From contig JAJDDP010000119.1 in assembly GCA_029260235.1 (NCBI GenBank), positions 874-64,873 on the forward strand: a DNA stretch of 64,000 nt, in the 5' to 3' direction. Both the position numbers and the translations under genes were made by a program. This DNA comes from Phycisphaerae bacterium (GTDB lineage: Bacteria; Planctomycetota; Phycisphaerae; UBA1845). Under the pieces are notes generated by a model. The model was not told the origin of the DNA, did no database searches, and worked only from the letters and a program-made list of their open reading frames with translations. Within the stretch, counting starts at the first letter, position 1, and every line of letters begins with the position of its first letter. Positions 1-8,595 of this stretch are shown piece after piece.

Positions 1-522
1 TTTAGTGGCAAGACGACTGAACTACTCGAACGAATTCGGTCTCAGGGCCCCACTCAGGTTCTAGTCATCAAGCATGGTCGGGATGATCGCTACGCCGCCC
101 GAAAAATCGTCGCCCATGGCCAAGACAGCCAAGAGGCGTGGACGGTTTGGGAGTCGTCAGAGATACCGGACCTCCTCAAGCCTGAGCACAGGATGGTAGC
201 CATCGACGAGGGTCATTTCTTTGATGCAGAGTTGCCGGCCATTTGCAAGACCCTGGCCAAGCTCAACGTGCATGTAGTCATCACATCGCTGGATCTCAAC
301 AGTTGGGGCGAGCCGTTCGCCGTGATCGAAAGCGTCAAGGCTGTGGCTGACCGCTGCGTAGTGCGGGAGGCCCGTTGCAATGTCTGCAACCGACCTGCTT
401 CCAGAACGCAGCGCCTAACCCCCATCATCGACGGCCAAATCGTAGGAGGCCCCGAAGCGTTCGAGCCAAGATGCAGCGACTGCTGGACCCCGCCCCCCGA
501 ACAATCGGTAGATCACGCCTAG
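1..522 (+). CDS. tdk: Thymidine kinase (5' end outside window)
   Basis: Frame 1 opens with FSGKTTEL (Walker A). Also IDEGHFF, C-terminal CNVC...CSDC Zn motif and IVGGPEAFEPRC. Confidence 0.93.
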   Translation, partial: FSGKTTELLERIRSQGPTQVLVIKHGRDDRYAARKIVAHGQDSQEAWTVWESSEIPDLLKPEHRMVAIDEGHFFDAELPAICKTLAKLNVHVVITSLDLNSWGEPFAVIESVKAVADRCVVREARCNVCNRPASRTQRLTPIIDGQIVGGPEAFEPRCSDCWTPPPEQSVDHA

Positions 523-601
523 AGGGCCGCAGCACCTAATTCGCCGGGTATTGTAATGTTGGTTTGCCCTCCTGTGTCGGTTGTCATTGCTGCACTCCAT
601 C

Positions 602-625
602 ATTCCCGCCTGCGCAGGAACGGCA
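602..625. repeat. Degenerate REP/dRS3-like palindromic element
   Basis: ATTCCC-GCCTGCGC-AGGAAC. The core is the reverse complement of that at 62105-62121. Confidence 0.4.
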
Positions 626-749
626 CCCATTCGGCGACTTGGGCTCTGTCGTTTGCGTTCGTCCATCATCTCGACCAAACTGCCGCTTGTTGCTCGGGCC
701 TTGGCTGGCGGCTCGGAGGGCGAATGTTCCTTGAATGGAGAGGGTGGCC

Positions 750-1931
750 GTGGAATTTGACTTACCCGAAGATGCTCAGTCGTTGTTCGATTCGGTGCTG
801 GATTTTGCGCGCAAGGAATTGCAAAGCGACGTCATCGAACGCGACCATAACCATGAATTCTGGCAAGAAGGCTGGGACAAATGCGCAGCCTTTGGCATCT
901 TGGGGCTGCCGGTCCCGGAAGAGCATGGTGGATCGGGCTGCGACCTGACCACGACCATCGCTGCCATGGAAGCCCTGGGCTACGGCTGCTCGGACTTGGG
1001 TCTAATCTTTGCGATCAACGCCCACCTGTGGACCAACACCATCCCTATCTTGACCTACGGCAGCGACGAACAAAAGCAGAAGTACCTGCCCAAGCTCTGC
1101 AGCGGCGAACTCATCGGCGCCAACGGCGCCAGCGAGCCGGAGTGCGGCTCGGACGTCTACAGCATGACCACCCGGGCGGTGCGCGACGGAGATGACTATG
1201 TTCTCAATGGGCAAAAGACCTTCGTATCCAACGCCCTAGATTGCGGCCTGATCGTTGCCTACGCATCGACCAACCTGGATGCGGGCCACATGGGCGTCAC
1301 AGCCTTCATTCTTGAGCGCGACACGCCCGGATTGGCCATCGGCAACGCCATCCACAAGATGGGCCTGCGCACCAGCAGCATGGCTGAACTGTTCTTCGAG
1401 GACTGCCGCGTACCAGCCGCAAACCTGCTGGGCCGTGAAGGCGGCGGGGCTGCTTGCTTCGACTGCTCGATGGAATGGGAACGCGGCTGCATCTTGGCTA
1501 TGCACCTTGGAGCCATGAAGCGGCAGATGGAAAAATGCATCGACTATTCCCGCCAGCGCAAACAGTATGGCCACCCCATCGGCAGGTATCAGTCGGTTGC
1601 TAATCGGATTGTAGACATGAAGGTTCGCCTGGAAGCCGCCCGCCCCCTGGTCTACAAAATCGGCTGGCAGAAGGATCGCGGCAAGAACGCGATGCTCGAA
1701 GCCGCCGTCGCCAAGCTCTTCCTCAGCGAAGCCGCCGTGGCTTCGGGATTGGATTCCATTCAAGTATTCGGCGGGTACGGCTACATGACCGAGTTTGAAC
1801 TAGAGCGCGACCTGCGCGATGCGGTCGGCAGCCGCATCTACTCCGGCACGGTTGAAATCCAACGCAATATCATTGCCCGCTTGATCGGCCTGCCGCCATC
1901 CACCGTACCTCCCGTGAAACGCAAGCAGTAG
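750..1931 (+). CDS. Acyl-CoA dehydrogenase family, L-prolyl-PCP dehydrogenase-like
   Basis: ASEPECGSD, NGQKTFVSN, KMGLRTS, MEWERGCIL, FGGYGYMTE, IYSGTVEIQR. GTG start at 750 follows GGAGAGG. Confidence 0.88.
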   Translation: MEFDLPEDAQSLFDSVLDFARKELQSDVIERDHNHEFWQEGWDKCAAFGILGLPVPEEHGGSGCDLTTTIAAMEALGYGCSDLGLIFAINAHLWTNTIPILTYGSDEQKQKYLPKLCSGELIGANGASEPECGSDVYSMTTRAVRDGDDYVLNGQKTFVSNALDCGLIVAYASTNLDAGHMGVTAFILERDTPGLAIGNAIHKMGLRTSSMAELFFEDCRVPAANLLGREGGGAACFDCSMEWERGCILAMHLGAMKRQMEKCIDYSRQRKQYGHPIGRYQSVANRIVDMKVRLEAARPLVYKIGWQKDRGKNAMLEAAVAKLFLSEAAVASGLDSIQVFGGYGYMTEFELERDLRDAVGSRIYSGTVEIQRNIIARLIGLPPSTVPPVKRKQ

Positions 1932-1946
1932 CCGTCCGCCTTGGCA

Positions 1947-2588
1947 TTAGGAGGTACCAAACAGCCGATCTCCAGCATCACCAAGACCGGGCAGTATGTA
2001 GCCTCGATGGTCAAGTCCGGCATCTACAGCTGCGGTGATTACCGGAATCCCTGGATGACAAGCATTGAGGGCCTCGATGCCTTCCGGTGACGCAACCAAG
2101 CACATGACCCGGATGTTCGTCGCCCCAGCCTGCTTCACCGCGGTGATCGCTTCGTTCAAAGAGCCGGACGTAGCCAGCATGGGGTCGATGACGATGACAT
2201 CCGTCTCGGCAATTCCAGGAGGCAGCTTGTTGTAGTAGATGATCGGTTTGAGTGATTCTTCATCGCGGTAGATACCCAGGTGGCCTACCCGAGCAGACGG
2301 CAGCAACTCCATAATGCCATCGCTCATACCTAGCCCAGCCCGAAGAATAGGCACCAGGGTTAGTTGCCGCTGCAAACGACTGCCCACAAAAGGCTCCATG
2401 GGCGTCTCAATTTCCAGCGGTTCTGAGGGGTAGTCCCGGGTTAGCTCAAAGGCCATCAATCGGGCGATTTGCCCGATCAGGCGGCGAAACTGCTCAACTC
2501 GGGTGTGCTTGTCCCGGGCGATGGTCAACCGCTCCTGAACGACGGGGTGGTTCACCACAGTGACGTTAGGCCAACCGCGTTCTGCCAT
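1947..2588 (-). CDS. upp: Uracil phosphoribosyltransferase
   Basis: VPILRAGLGM, IDPMLATSGS (PRPP-binding), YILPGLGDAGDRLFGT. Confidence 0.96.
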   Translation of the reverse strand: MAERGWPNVTVVNHPVVQERLTIARDKHTRVEQFRRLIGQIARLMAFELTRDYPSEPLEIETPMEPFVGSRLQRQLTLVPILRAGLGMSDGIMELLPSARVGHLGIYRDEESLKPIIYYNKLPPGIAETDVIVIDPMLATSGSLNEAITAVKQAGATNIRVMCLVASPEGIEALNACHPGIPVITAAVDAGLDHRGYILPGLGDAGDRLFGTS

Positions 2589-2781
2589 CTTTATCTCCAA
2601 GAAGAACACCGGGCTCATCCATTCGGCTTGGCATAGTAACCGCCTTGACAAGCACTTGGCCAATGTCGAAATATCTCCGCCCGGCGAAAAAACACTTAGG
2701 CTAGGGTATAATCATCCGACCCGCAGCTTTGATTGCTCGGGGAACGAGCCTCACTTCGTTGTAGCTAGCAGGAAATCGGCA

Positions 2782-3609
2782 ATGATCCCACGACTGGGCG
2801 GCGTATTCATTGTTCTATTCTGGTCGGCCAGCATGACCTGGCTGCTATGGCACGACATTTGGCCAGGCCTAACCGCCGGGGATCCGCCTGTTGGCGCCAA
2901 CCTGGTATCTGCTGAATCTGGGCCGATCTCTCACCAGTTCGCCATCCTTGATCAATACGAGCATCGAATCGGGACGGCCTGGACCGCCTTCGGAGCCAAA
3001 GGCGACGCCTCTTTCCGTCAAGATTTCTTCTTCATCGAGCGGTTCCTAAACCTCCCGCCGATCCTTATCGCGGTGGATTCAGATTTCCTCGCGGATGGGC
3101 AACTGCAAGAGTTCCATCTGAGTGTCCACGGCTTGGACATGCGCATCGAAATCGACGGCGAGCGCTTCGCTTCCATGTACGGATTCAATATCAGGGCTGG
3201 GCAAATCAAGGACCGCCTTCGCATCGATGCCGATTCCGCCGGCTTGATCGGCGACGTATTTAGACCCTTCTCCGCACTGCCAGGCCTTAAGGTCGGACAA
3301 TCCTGGCGCATGCAAGTGGTCAACCCACTTGCCGTGATCACCGGATTCGGCAGCCGCTTCGTGTCCATGTTGGCCCGCGTAACCCGAGCAGAAACCATTA
3401 CCACGTCCCAAGGCGAAACGGTCGATTGCCTCGTCGTCGAAGCTCCGAACGTAACCGCCTGGGTCAACAAGCGCGGCAAAGTGCTCGTGCAAAAAGTCGA
3501 ACTGCCGGTAGGCGGAACCATCACCGTGCGCGATGAAGCCTACGACGACGACGCGCTCCAAACCGCCAAACGAGCAGTCCCCAGATCGCGGATCGATCCT
3601 TATGACTAA
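2782..3609 (+). CDS. Hypothetical protein with N-terminal membrane anchor, first gene of an ABC exporter operon
   Basis: Hydrophobic N-terminus (GGVFIVLFWSASMTWLLW) then a beta-rich soluble domain. Stop overlaps the ABC ATPase start. Confidence 0.7.
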   Translation: MIPRLGGVFIVLFWSASMTWLLWHDIWPGLTAGDPPVGANLVSAESGPISHQFAILDQYEHRIGTAWTAFGAKGDASFRQDFFFIERFLNLPPILIAVDSDFLADGQLQEFHLSVHGLDMRIEIDGERFASMYGFNIRAGQIKDRLRIDADSAGLIGDVFRPFSALPGLKVGQSWRMQVVNPLAVITGFGSRFVSMLARVTRAETITTSQGETVDCLVVEAPNVTAWVNKRGKVLVQKVELPVGGTITVRDEAYDDDALQTAKRAVPRSRIDPYD

Positions 3610-4375
3610 AGACCCCCAGCTAGATCGCCCAGCCATTGAATTGACTTCAGTCATCAAACGGTATGGGTCAACAACCGCCGTCGATGGCATTTCGCTTTCG
3701 GTGAGCCCCAAGGAAATCTTTGCATTCTTAGGCCCAAATGGTGCAGGGAAGACGACGACCATCAAGATGATCACCGGTCTACTCCGGGCTGATGAAGGCC
3801 AAGTGTTGGTCTGCGGACAGAATATGCACAACAACGGCATGGTCGCCAAGCGCCGAATCGCCTATGTGCCTGACCAACCATTCCTCTACGACAAGTTGAC
3901 CGGGCGTGAGTTCCTCTGCTTCGTTGCCCGTATGTACGACGTTTCCGAAGCTACGCGGGACCGCATCTTGGACGACTTGACCCACCGATTCGACATGAGA
4001 GCGTTCCTCGATCAGATGACCGAGAGCTACAGTCATGGCATGAAGCAAAAGGTTGTCTTAGCCTCGGCGTTCATCCATGAGCCCGACGTCCTGGTTATCG
4101 ACGAGCCGATGGTGGGCCTGGATCCCAAGACTGTCCGTGAAGTAAAAGATTTGTTCGTCGAACACACCGCCCGAGGCGGTTGCGTCTTCATGTGTACGCA
4201 CACACTGGAAGTGGCTGAAGCCATTGCCGACCGTATCGGCATCATCAATAAGGGCCAGCTTGTGGCACTTGGCTCAATGGCGGAGCTGCGCGACAAGGCC
4301 CACCAAGAGCACAGTCTCGAAGAAATCTTCCTCCATTTGACCCAAGAGAAAGACGGGTTCGGCGATGGCTGCTGA
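3602..4375 (+). CDS. ABC transporter ATP-binding protein (ABC-2/CcmA type)
   Basis: GPNGAGKTT, YSHGMKQK signature, LVIDEP Walker B, CTH H-loop. Confidence 0.95.
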   Translation: MTKDPQLDRPAIELTSVIKRYGSTTAVDGISLSVSPKEIFAFLGPNGAGKTTTIKMITGLLRADEGQVLVCGQNMHNNGMVAKRRIAYVPDQPFLYDKLTGREFLCFVARMYDVSEATRDRILDDLTHRFDMRAFLDQMTESYSHGMKQKVVLASAFIHEPDVLVIDEPMVGLDPKTVREVKDLFVEHTARGGCVFMCTHTLEVAEAIADRIGIINKGQLVALGSMAELRDKAHQEHSLEEIFLHLTQEKDGFGDGC

Positions 4376-6059
4376 CGTTGCCCCGAACACGGTTGGCTTT
4401 GCACTGCTTCTTCGGCTGAAGCTGACCATGCTGCGCAATCTTCTTGCCCAGTCAATCCAAAACAGTCCATTGAAACTTGCGGTCAGTGCGGTTTTCGTCG
4501 AAGCCATCTGGCTGGGCTTGTTCGGGCTCTTCGTAGCCATCTTCCATTCGTTCCAAACGTCGCCCATGGAGGCGGCGGTGATCATCCCAGTCGTATTCAA
4601 CCTCTTCTTCTTAGCCCTGTTGATCCTGCTGTCCTTCTCTAACGCGGTAATCGTTTACGGATCGCTGTATGGCCGAAACGAGCCTAGCTTTCTCTTGGCA
4701 GCCCCTGTCCATCCGACGCATTTGGTTGCCCTCAAGTATGTTGAAAGCCTATTTTTTGCCAGCTGGTCGCTCATTCTCCTGGGCTTGCCCTTGATGATGG
4801 CCATGGCTAGGTCTTTTGAGGAATCCACAGAGTTCTACCCGCTGTTCGTAGCCTTCTTCATTTTCTTCGTGCCCATTCCTGGCGCCGTCGGACTGCTGCT
4901 AGCTTGGGCGGCTGCGAGATTCTTTCCCAAGCAAGGCCACCGTGCCCTGGCAATAGGCGGAGCAGCTTTGTTCGTCGTAGCCGCGGTCGGGCTGATCCGC
5001 ACCGTCCGACAGGTCGAAGGCATGACTGATCAATGGATGGCTGGCTTCTTCGCGGGGATGGAGTTCATTCAAGGAGCCATGTTGCCCAGCACCTGGATAT
5101 CCCGTGGCATCGAGCTGGTACTTCGTCAGCGTCATGTCGAGGCGCTTGGCTATCTGGCGGTCACCCTGGCCAACGGCTTGTTTCTCAGCATGATCGCAAT
5201 AATGGTCTGCGGGCGAAGCTTCACCGCCGCCTACAATCGGGCAACTTCCGGCAGCAGCATGCGGCTTGGATCAGGGTTGCAGCGTCCGCGATGGCTAGGC
5301 ACCTGCGAAGACGTCTTCTTCTACTTGCCTCAGCGACTGCGACTCATCGCTGCGAAAGATCTGCGGACCTTCCTCCGCGACCCTTTGCAGTGGAGCCAGT
5401 TAGTCATCCTCTTTGGGCTGATGGCCTTGTATCTTCTGAACGTCCCGCGGTTCTACGGCGAGTGGGCTGACACCTCCTGGGCATTGCTGCTTCCATTTCT
5501 CAATCTGTCAGCCGTATCCCTGATGCTGGCTACCTTTACCAGCCGTTTCGTATTTCCGCTGGTCTCGCTGGAAGGGCACCAGCTTTGGCTGCTAGGCCCG
5601 CTGCCTCTCTCCCGCGGCCGAATTTTGCTAGCCAAGTTCGCCTATGCCGCCACGGTGACTGTCCCCTTTGCCCTCTCAGCCACGGCATTTGCCGCCCGTT
5701 CCCTCAAAGTTTCTTGGCCTTGGGCGCTGATCAATCTGGCAGGAGCGCTGACCATCACGTTGGGACTCTGTGGATTAGCCGTTGGGCTGGGGGCTAGGCT
5801 GCCGATGTTCGGCCAGCGCAATGCGGGCCGCATCGCCAACGGATTCGGCGGCACGGTCAACCTGATTGTTTCGATGTTCCTGGTAATGATTGTCTTAGCG
5901 GGATTCGCCGCCGCTAGTATTCGGGCCCACAAGATGGGCCTAGCCGCGCCCGACGCCGTCATTGTGCGGCTCATTGCCGCGACTGTGGTGACCGGCTTGG
6001 GCATTGGTGCCGGAGCAATGCTGATCGGGGCGAGGCATTTCTCACGCTTGGAACTGTAG
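4365..6059 (+). CDS. Putative ABC exporter permease (multi-pass, two repeated halves)
   Basis: Many hydrophobic helices, AKDLRTFLRDPLQWSQ and FPLVSLEG motifs, overlaps the ATPase gene. Confidence 0.85.
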   Translation: MAADVAPNTVGFALLLRLKLTMLRNLLAQSIQNSPLKLAVSAVFVEAIWLGLFGLFVAIFHSFQTSPMEAAVIIPVVFNLFFLALLILLSFSNAVIVYGSLYGRNEPSFLLAAPVHPTHLVALKYVESLFFASWSLILLGLPLMMAMARSFEESTEFYPLFVAFFIFFVPIPGAVGLLLAWAAARFFPKQGHRALAIGGAALFVVAAVGLIRTVRQVEGMTDQWMAGFFAGMEFIQGAMLPSTWISRGIELVLRQRHVEALGYLAVTLANGLFLSMIAIMVCGRSFTAAYNRATSGSSMRLGSGLQRPRWLGTCEDVFFYLPQRLRLIAAKDLRTFLRDPLQWSQLVILFGLMALYLLNVPRFYGEWADTSWALLLPFLNLSAVSLMLATFTSRFVFPLVSLEGHQLWLLGPLPLSRGRILLAKFAYAATVTVPFALSATAFAARSLKVSWPWALINLAGALTITLGLCGLAVGLGARLPMFGQRNAGRIANGFGGTVNLIVSMFLVMIVLAGFAAASIRAHKMGLAAPDAVIVRLIAATVVTGLGIGAGAMLIGARHFSRLEL

Positions 6060-6118
6060 CAAGCCCATACTTGAGGTTGCAAAGCCACATCGATTGAGGC
6101 GCTTGGATTGATCGACTT

Positions 6119-7423
6119 CTAAAGGTGCTTGCGGACGTGCTCGTCCAAGTAGGTGTAGGGCTTGGTGAGTTCGCCCTGATAGAGAATCGTAGCCCGCTTG
6201 AATTCTTCGGGCAGGCCGCTCTGCTCGAAAGACTTGGTGAAATCAACACCGGCTAAACTTGGCAGGAACGGCAGAAGGCTGTCGCCAAAGTACTCAGATG
6301 CATCGATGGGCAGTTCGCACGGCAAGATATCCACAGCCAGCACAACAGGCCCGTTACCTTCAACGCCGTCGATGACGGCATCCTTGGCTACATCATAGAC
6401 GTAGACCGGATGCCCCGGATCGGTAGCCCGCAATGTGCATTCGATCGAGCCTTCAATGTCGCAACTGATATCGGCGATCACTTCCAAACGCGGAGGCACT
6501 GCTTCCCCGAAGAGTCCTTGCAAGTCGCCTCGCGTAACCAGTCGTGGGCATTGCGTCGTCCAATAAATGCAGTTGATCAACATGGAAAGGCGCGGCAGGT
6601 GCTGGCCAAACACGCCGCGATAGAGCTCAGGATGGTCAAAGTATTCCTGCAAGTCGAAAGGTCTTGAGTCGTCGATGCGCTCGAACATGTGCTCTTCGCG
6701 AAAGACCACTTTGTAGCACCCCTTGGCTGAGGCTGGCAATTCATGAAGCGCTTCGGGTGTGATCTCCTGGGGCCTAATCAAGTCATAGATTTCCTGTGCC
6801 CCCCTTGAGACGTTTCCGTATCCCGCGAATCCACAGACCAGCGGTTCGATTCCCTCGGGCAAGCCATCCCTGGCGAGTGTGTCGCCAAGTTCGGCGAGGG
6901 CGTTCTTGGCGTCGGCTAGGTCGGCATAGTGCAGCGACTGCTTGATGGCTGTAAAGGGGTTGCCCATTTCCCGTGATTTCAGACGTCGCCCCAATGTCCA
7001 CAAGGCGTCGATCATCCCGGCTGATCCGGCGAAGTTGCCGAAGAAAACCAACCTTCGTCCCTGCTCATCGGCGATGCGTTCATAGTCGATCAGCGTGCAG
7101 CCCAGTTCCATCATCCGGGCCAACATGGGCATGTTGTATTCCTGAGCTTTGATGGTGTGCGAGAAGAAGACGTAGGCTTGGCCCGTGCGAAACATCTCGA
7201 TGGGTATTTCTTTGACCCCAAAGACGATGTCGCATGCTGAGAGGTCAGCCGAAGGGTCGGCCCCAGCTTCGGCATAATCGGCGACGTCAAAGGCGCGAAT
7301 TTCAGAAGGCTCGACCTCAAAATCAAGCCCTCCGCGACCGGCCAACTTAGCCACATGGGCTGGCGTCAGGGGCACACGTCGTTCAAACGGGCTTTTGTCT
7401 TCGCGGCGGATTCCAATTCTCAA
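6119..7423 (-). CDS. Lysine-ketoglutarate reductase / saccharopine dehydrogenase-like protein (AlaDh/PNT superfamily)
   Basis: IGIRREDK..ERRVPLTP, GVKEIP, FFSHTIKAQEYNMPML, LIDYE, GYGNVSRGA, DISCDIEGSIE, AVDILPCELP. Confidence 0.85.
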   Translation of the reverse strand: MRIGIRREDKSPFERRVPLTPAHVAKLAGRGGLDFEVEPSEIRAFDVADYAEAGADPSADLSACDIVFGVKEIPIEMFRTGQAYVFFSHTIKAQEYNMPMLARMMELGCTLIDYERIADEQGRRLVFFGNFAGSAGMIDALWTLGRRLKSREMGNPFTAIKQSLHYADLADAKNALAELGDTLARDGLPEGIEPLVCGFAGYGNVSRGAQEIYDLIRPQEITPEALHELPASAKGCYKVVFREEHMFERIDDSRPFDLQEYFDHPELYRGVFGQHLPRLSMLINCIYWTTQCPRLVTRGDLQGLFGEAVPPRLEVIADISCDIEGSIECTLRATDPGHPVYVYDVAKDAVIDGVEGNGPVVLAVDILPCELPIDASEYFGDSLLPFLPSLAGVDFTKSFEQSGLPEEFKRATILYQGELTKPYTYLDEHVRKHL

Positions 7424-7583
7424 TGCAATGCCCCTCTATGAAGTTGCTGGTGTCGTAATTGGCCAGCATGGCGATCGAGGCGGGGATGATATGAATCTTG
7501 CAGGGAGAGGTCAACCGCACAGGCTTGTCCGCCCTGGGCGTCGTAGGCGATTAGCGGCAGCGCCGCGCGGAGGCTTTTTGCAG

Positions 7584-7997
7584 TCACTCAAACTCGGCGC
7601 CAATCTTGTAACCCCGAAGCGACCGTGTGCAGTGGCGGACAATAGCCTTGGCGTATGAGTTTTCGCCGCAGACGGTGATCTCGACAGAGGTGTAGGGCTC
7701 CACTGGTTCACGACAACGAAAGCCAATGCCCTGTTCCGAGATTTGCAGGCCCTCCGCGTTGAAGACGACCTCATGTCCCTTTGGGGTCTTGTATTTGACT
7801 TCCAACCTGGCTGCCCATTCATATCGTGTGCTGCAGCGCTTGGCTGGGTACTGATCAGACTCACCCTGCCTGCGGGCCTCCTCGAGCCATGCGTGGCAGA
7901 TCGGGGCTGAACTATTAGATTGCTCCAGCTCCGATTCCGCCGGAGTCTCACCCTCATCGGCGTTGGCGCCGGAAATGTTGGTCGTTTCTTCGCTCAT
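7584..7997 (-). CDS. Stand-alone PilZ domain protein
   Basis: RCSTR (RxxxR), QISEQG (D/NxSxxG variant), C-terminal YKIGAEF. Confidence 0.75.
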   Translation of the reverse strand: MSEETTNISGANADEGETPAESELEQSNSSAPICHAWLEEARRQGESDQYPAKRCSTRYEWAARLEVKYKTPKGHEVVFNAEGLQISEQGIGFRCREPVEPYTSVEITVCGENSYAKAIVRHCTRSLRGYKIGAEFE

Positions 7998-8595
7998 CTA
8001 CACCTTAAGTGTCGGAAGATTGGCCCGGCAAGTTCCAGATTTCTCCTGGATTGTCCGCAGTTGCAGAATCAGCTGGGCGGCGATAACGCCGTTCGAGGTC
8101 GAGAATGCTTCTCGTCTGATAACATCAGCCATCCCAGGCCTACAGCCCCTTGCAGCGTGCAGTTCTTGTGCAAGTCAGCCAGATTCGCAGCGGGCTATGG
8201 ATCGCTGGCTGCAGGCGTTGCTGTGCCTGCCGGACTCCATCAGGTGGAACGTCTGGCGGGTTGCAGCTGGGTACTGCCCGGGCCGGAAGGATAACCCGAC
8301 CGAGCCGGTCGCTAGGGCGAGCCTTGCCGGCGAACGCGACTCGGTACGGGTTTCAATTCATCGATATGCCGGGGCAAAAACCTCCTACATCTGTCGTAGA
8401 GTAGCAGTCTACTACAGTAGTCGGAGGAAGTCAACAGCTCTACGCATTCTTACATGCCCAGTGGGTGGTGCTGGCTGAACTGGGGCTAGCGAAGGAACCG
8501 ATTCTGGGTCAGAAACATTTGAGGGTTCAAAAGATCGCTCCGGGGTAGTACGCTTGCCTGCTATGCAATGCGATGATTTACGATTCAGCAGAGGC

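Noticed and set aside
7963-8478. 171-aa plus-strand ORF and overlapping short ORFs between pilZ and the TPR gene
   Set aside because: No motif, overlaps the pilZ start, atypical composition. A 44-codon in-frame ORF ending right at the pilZ ATG (8132-7998) also lacks support.
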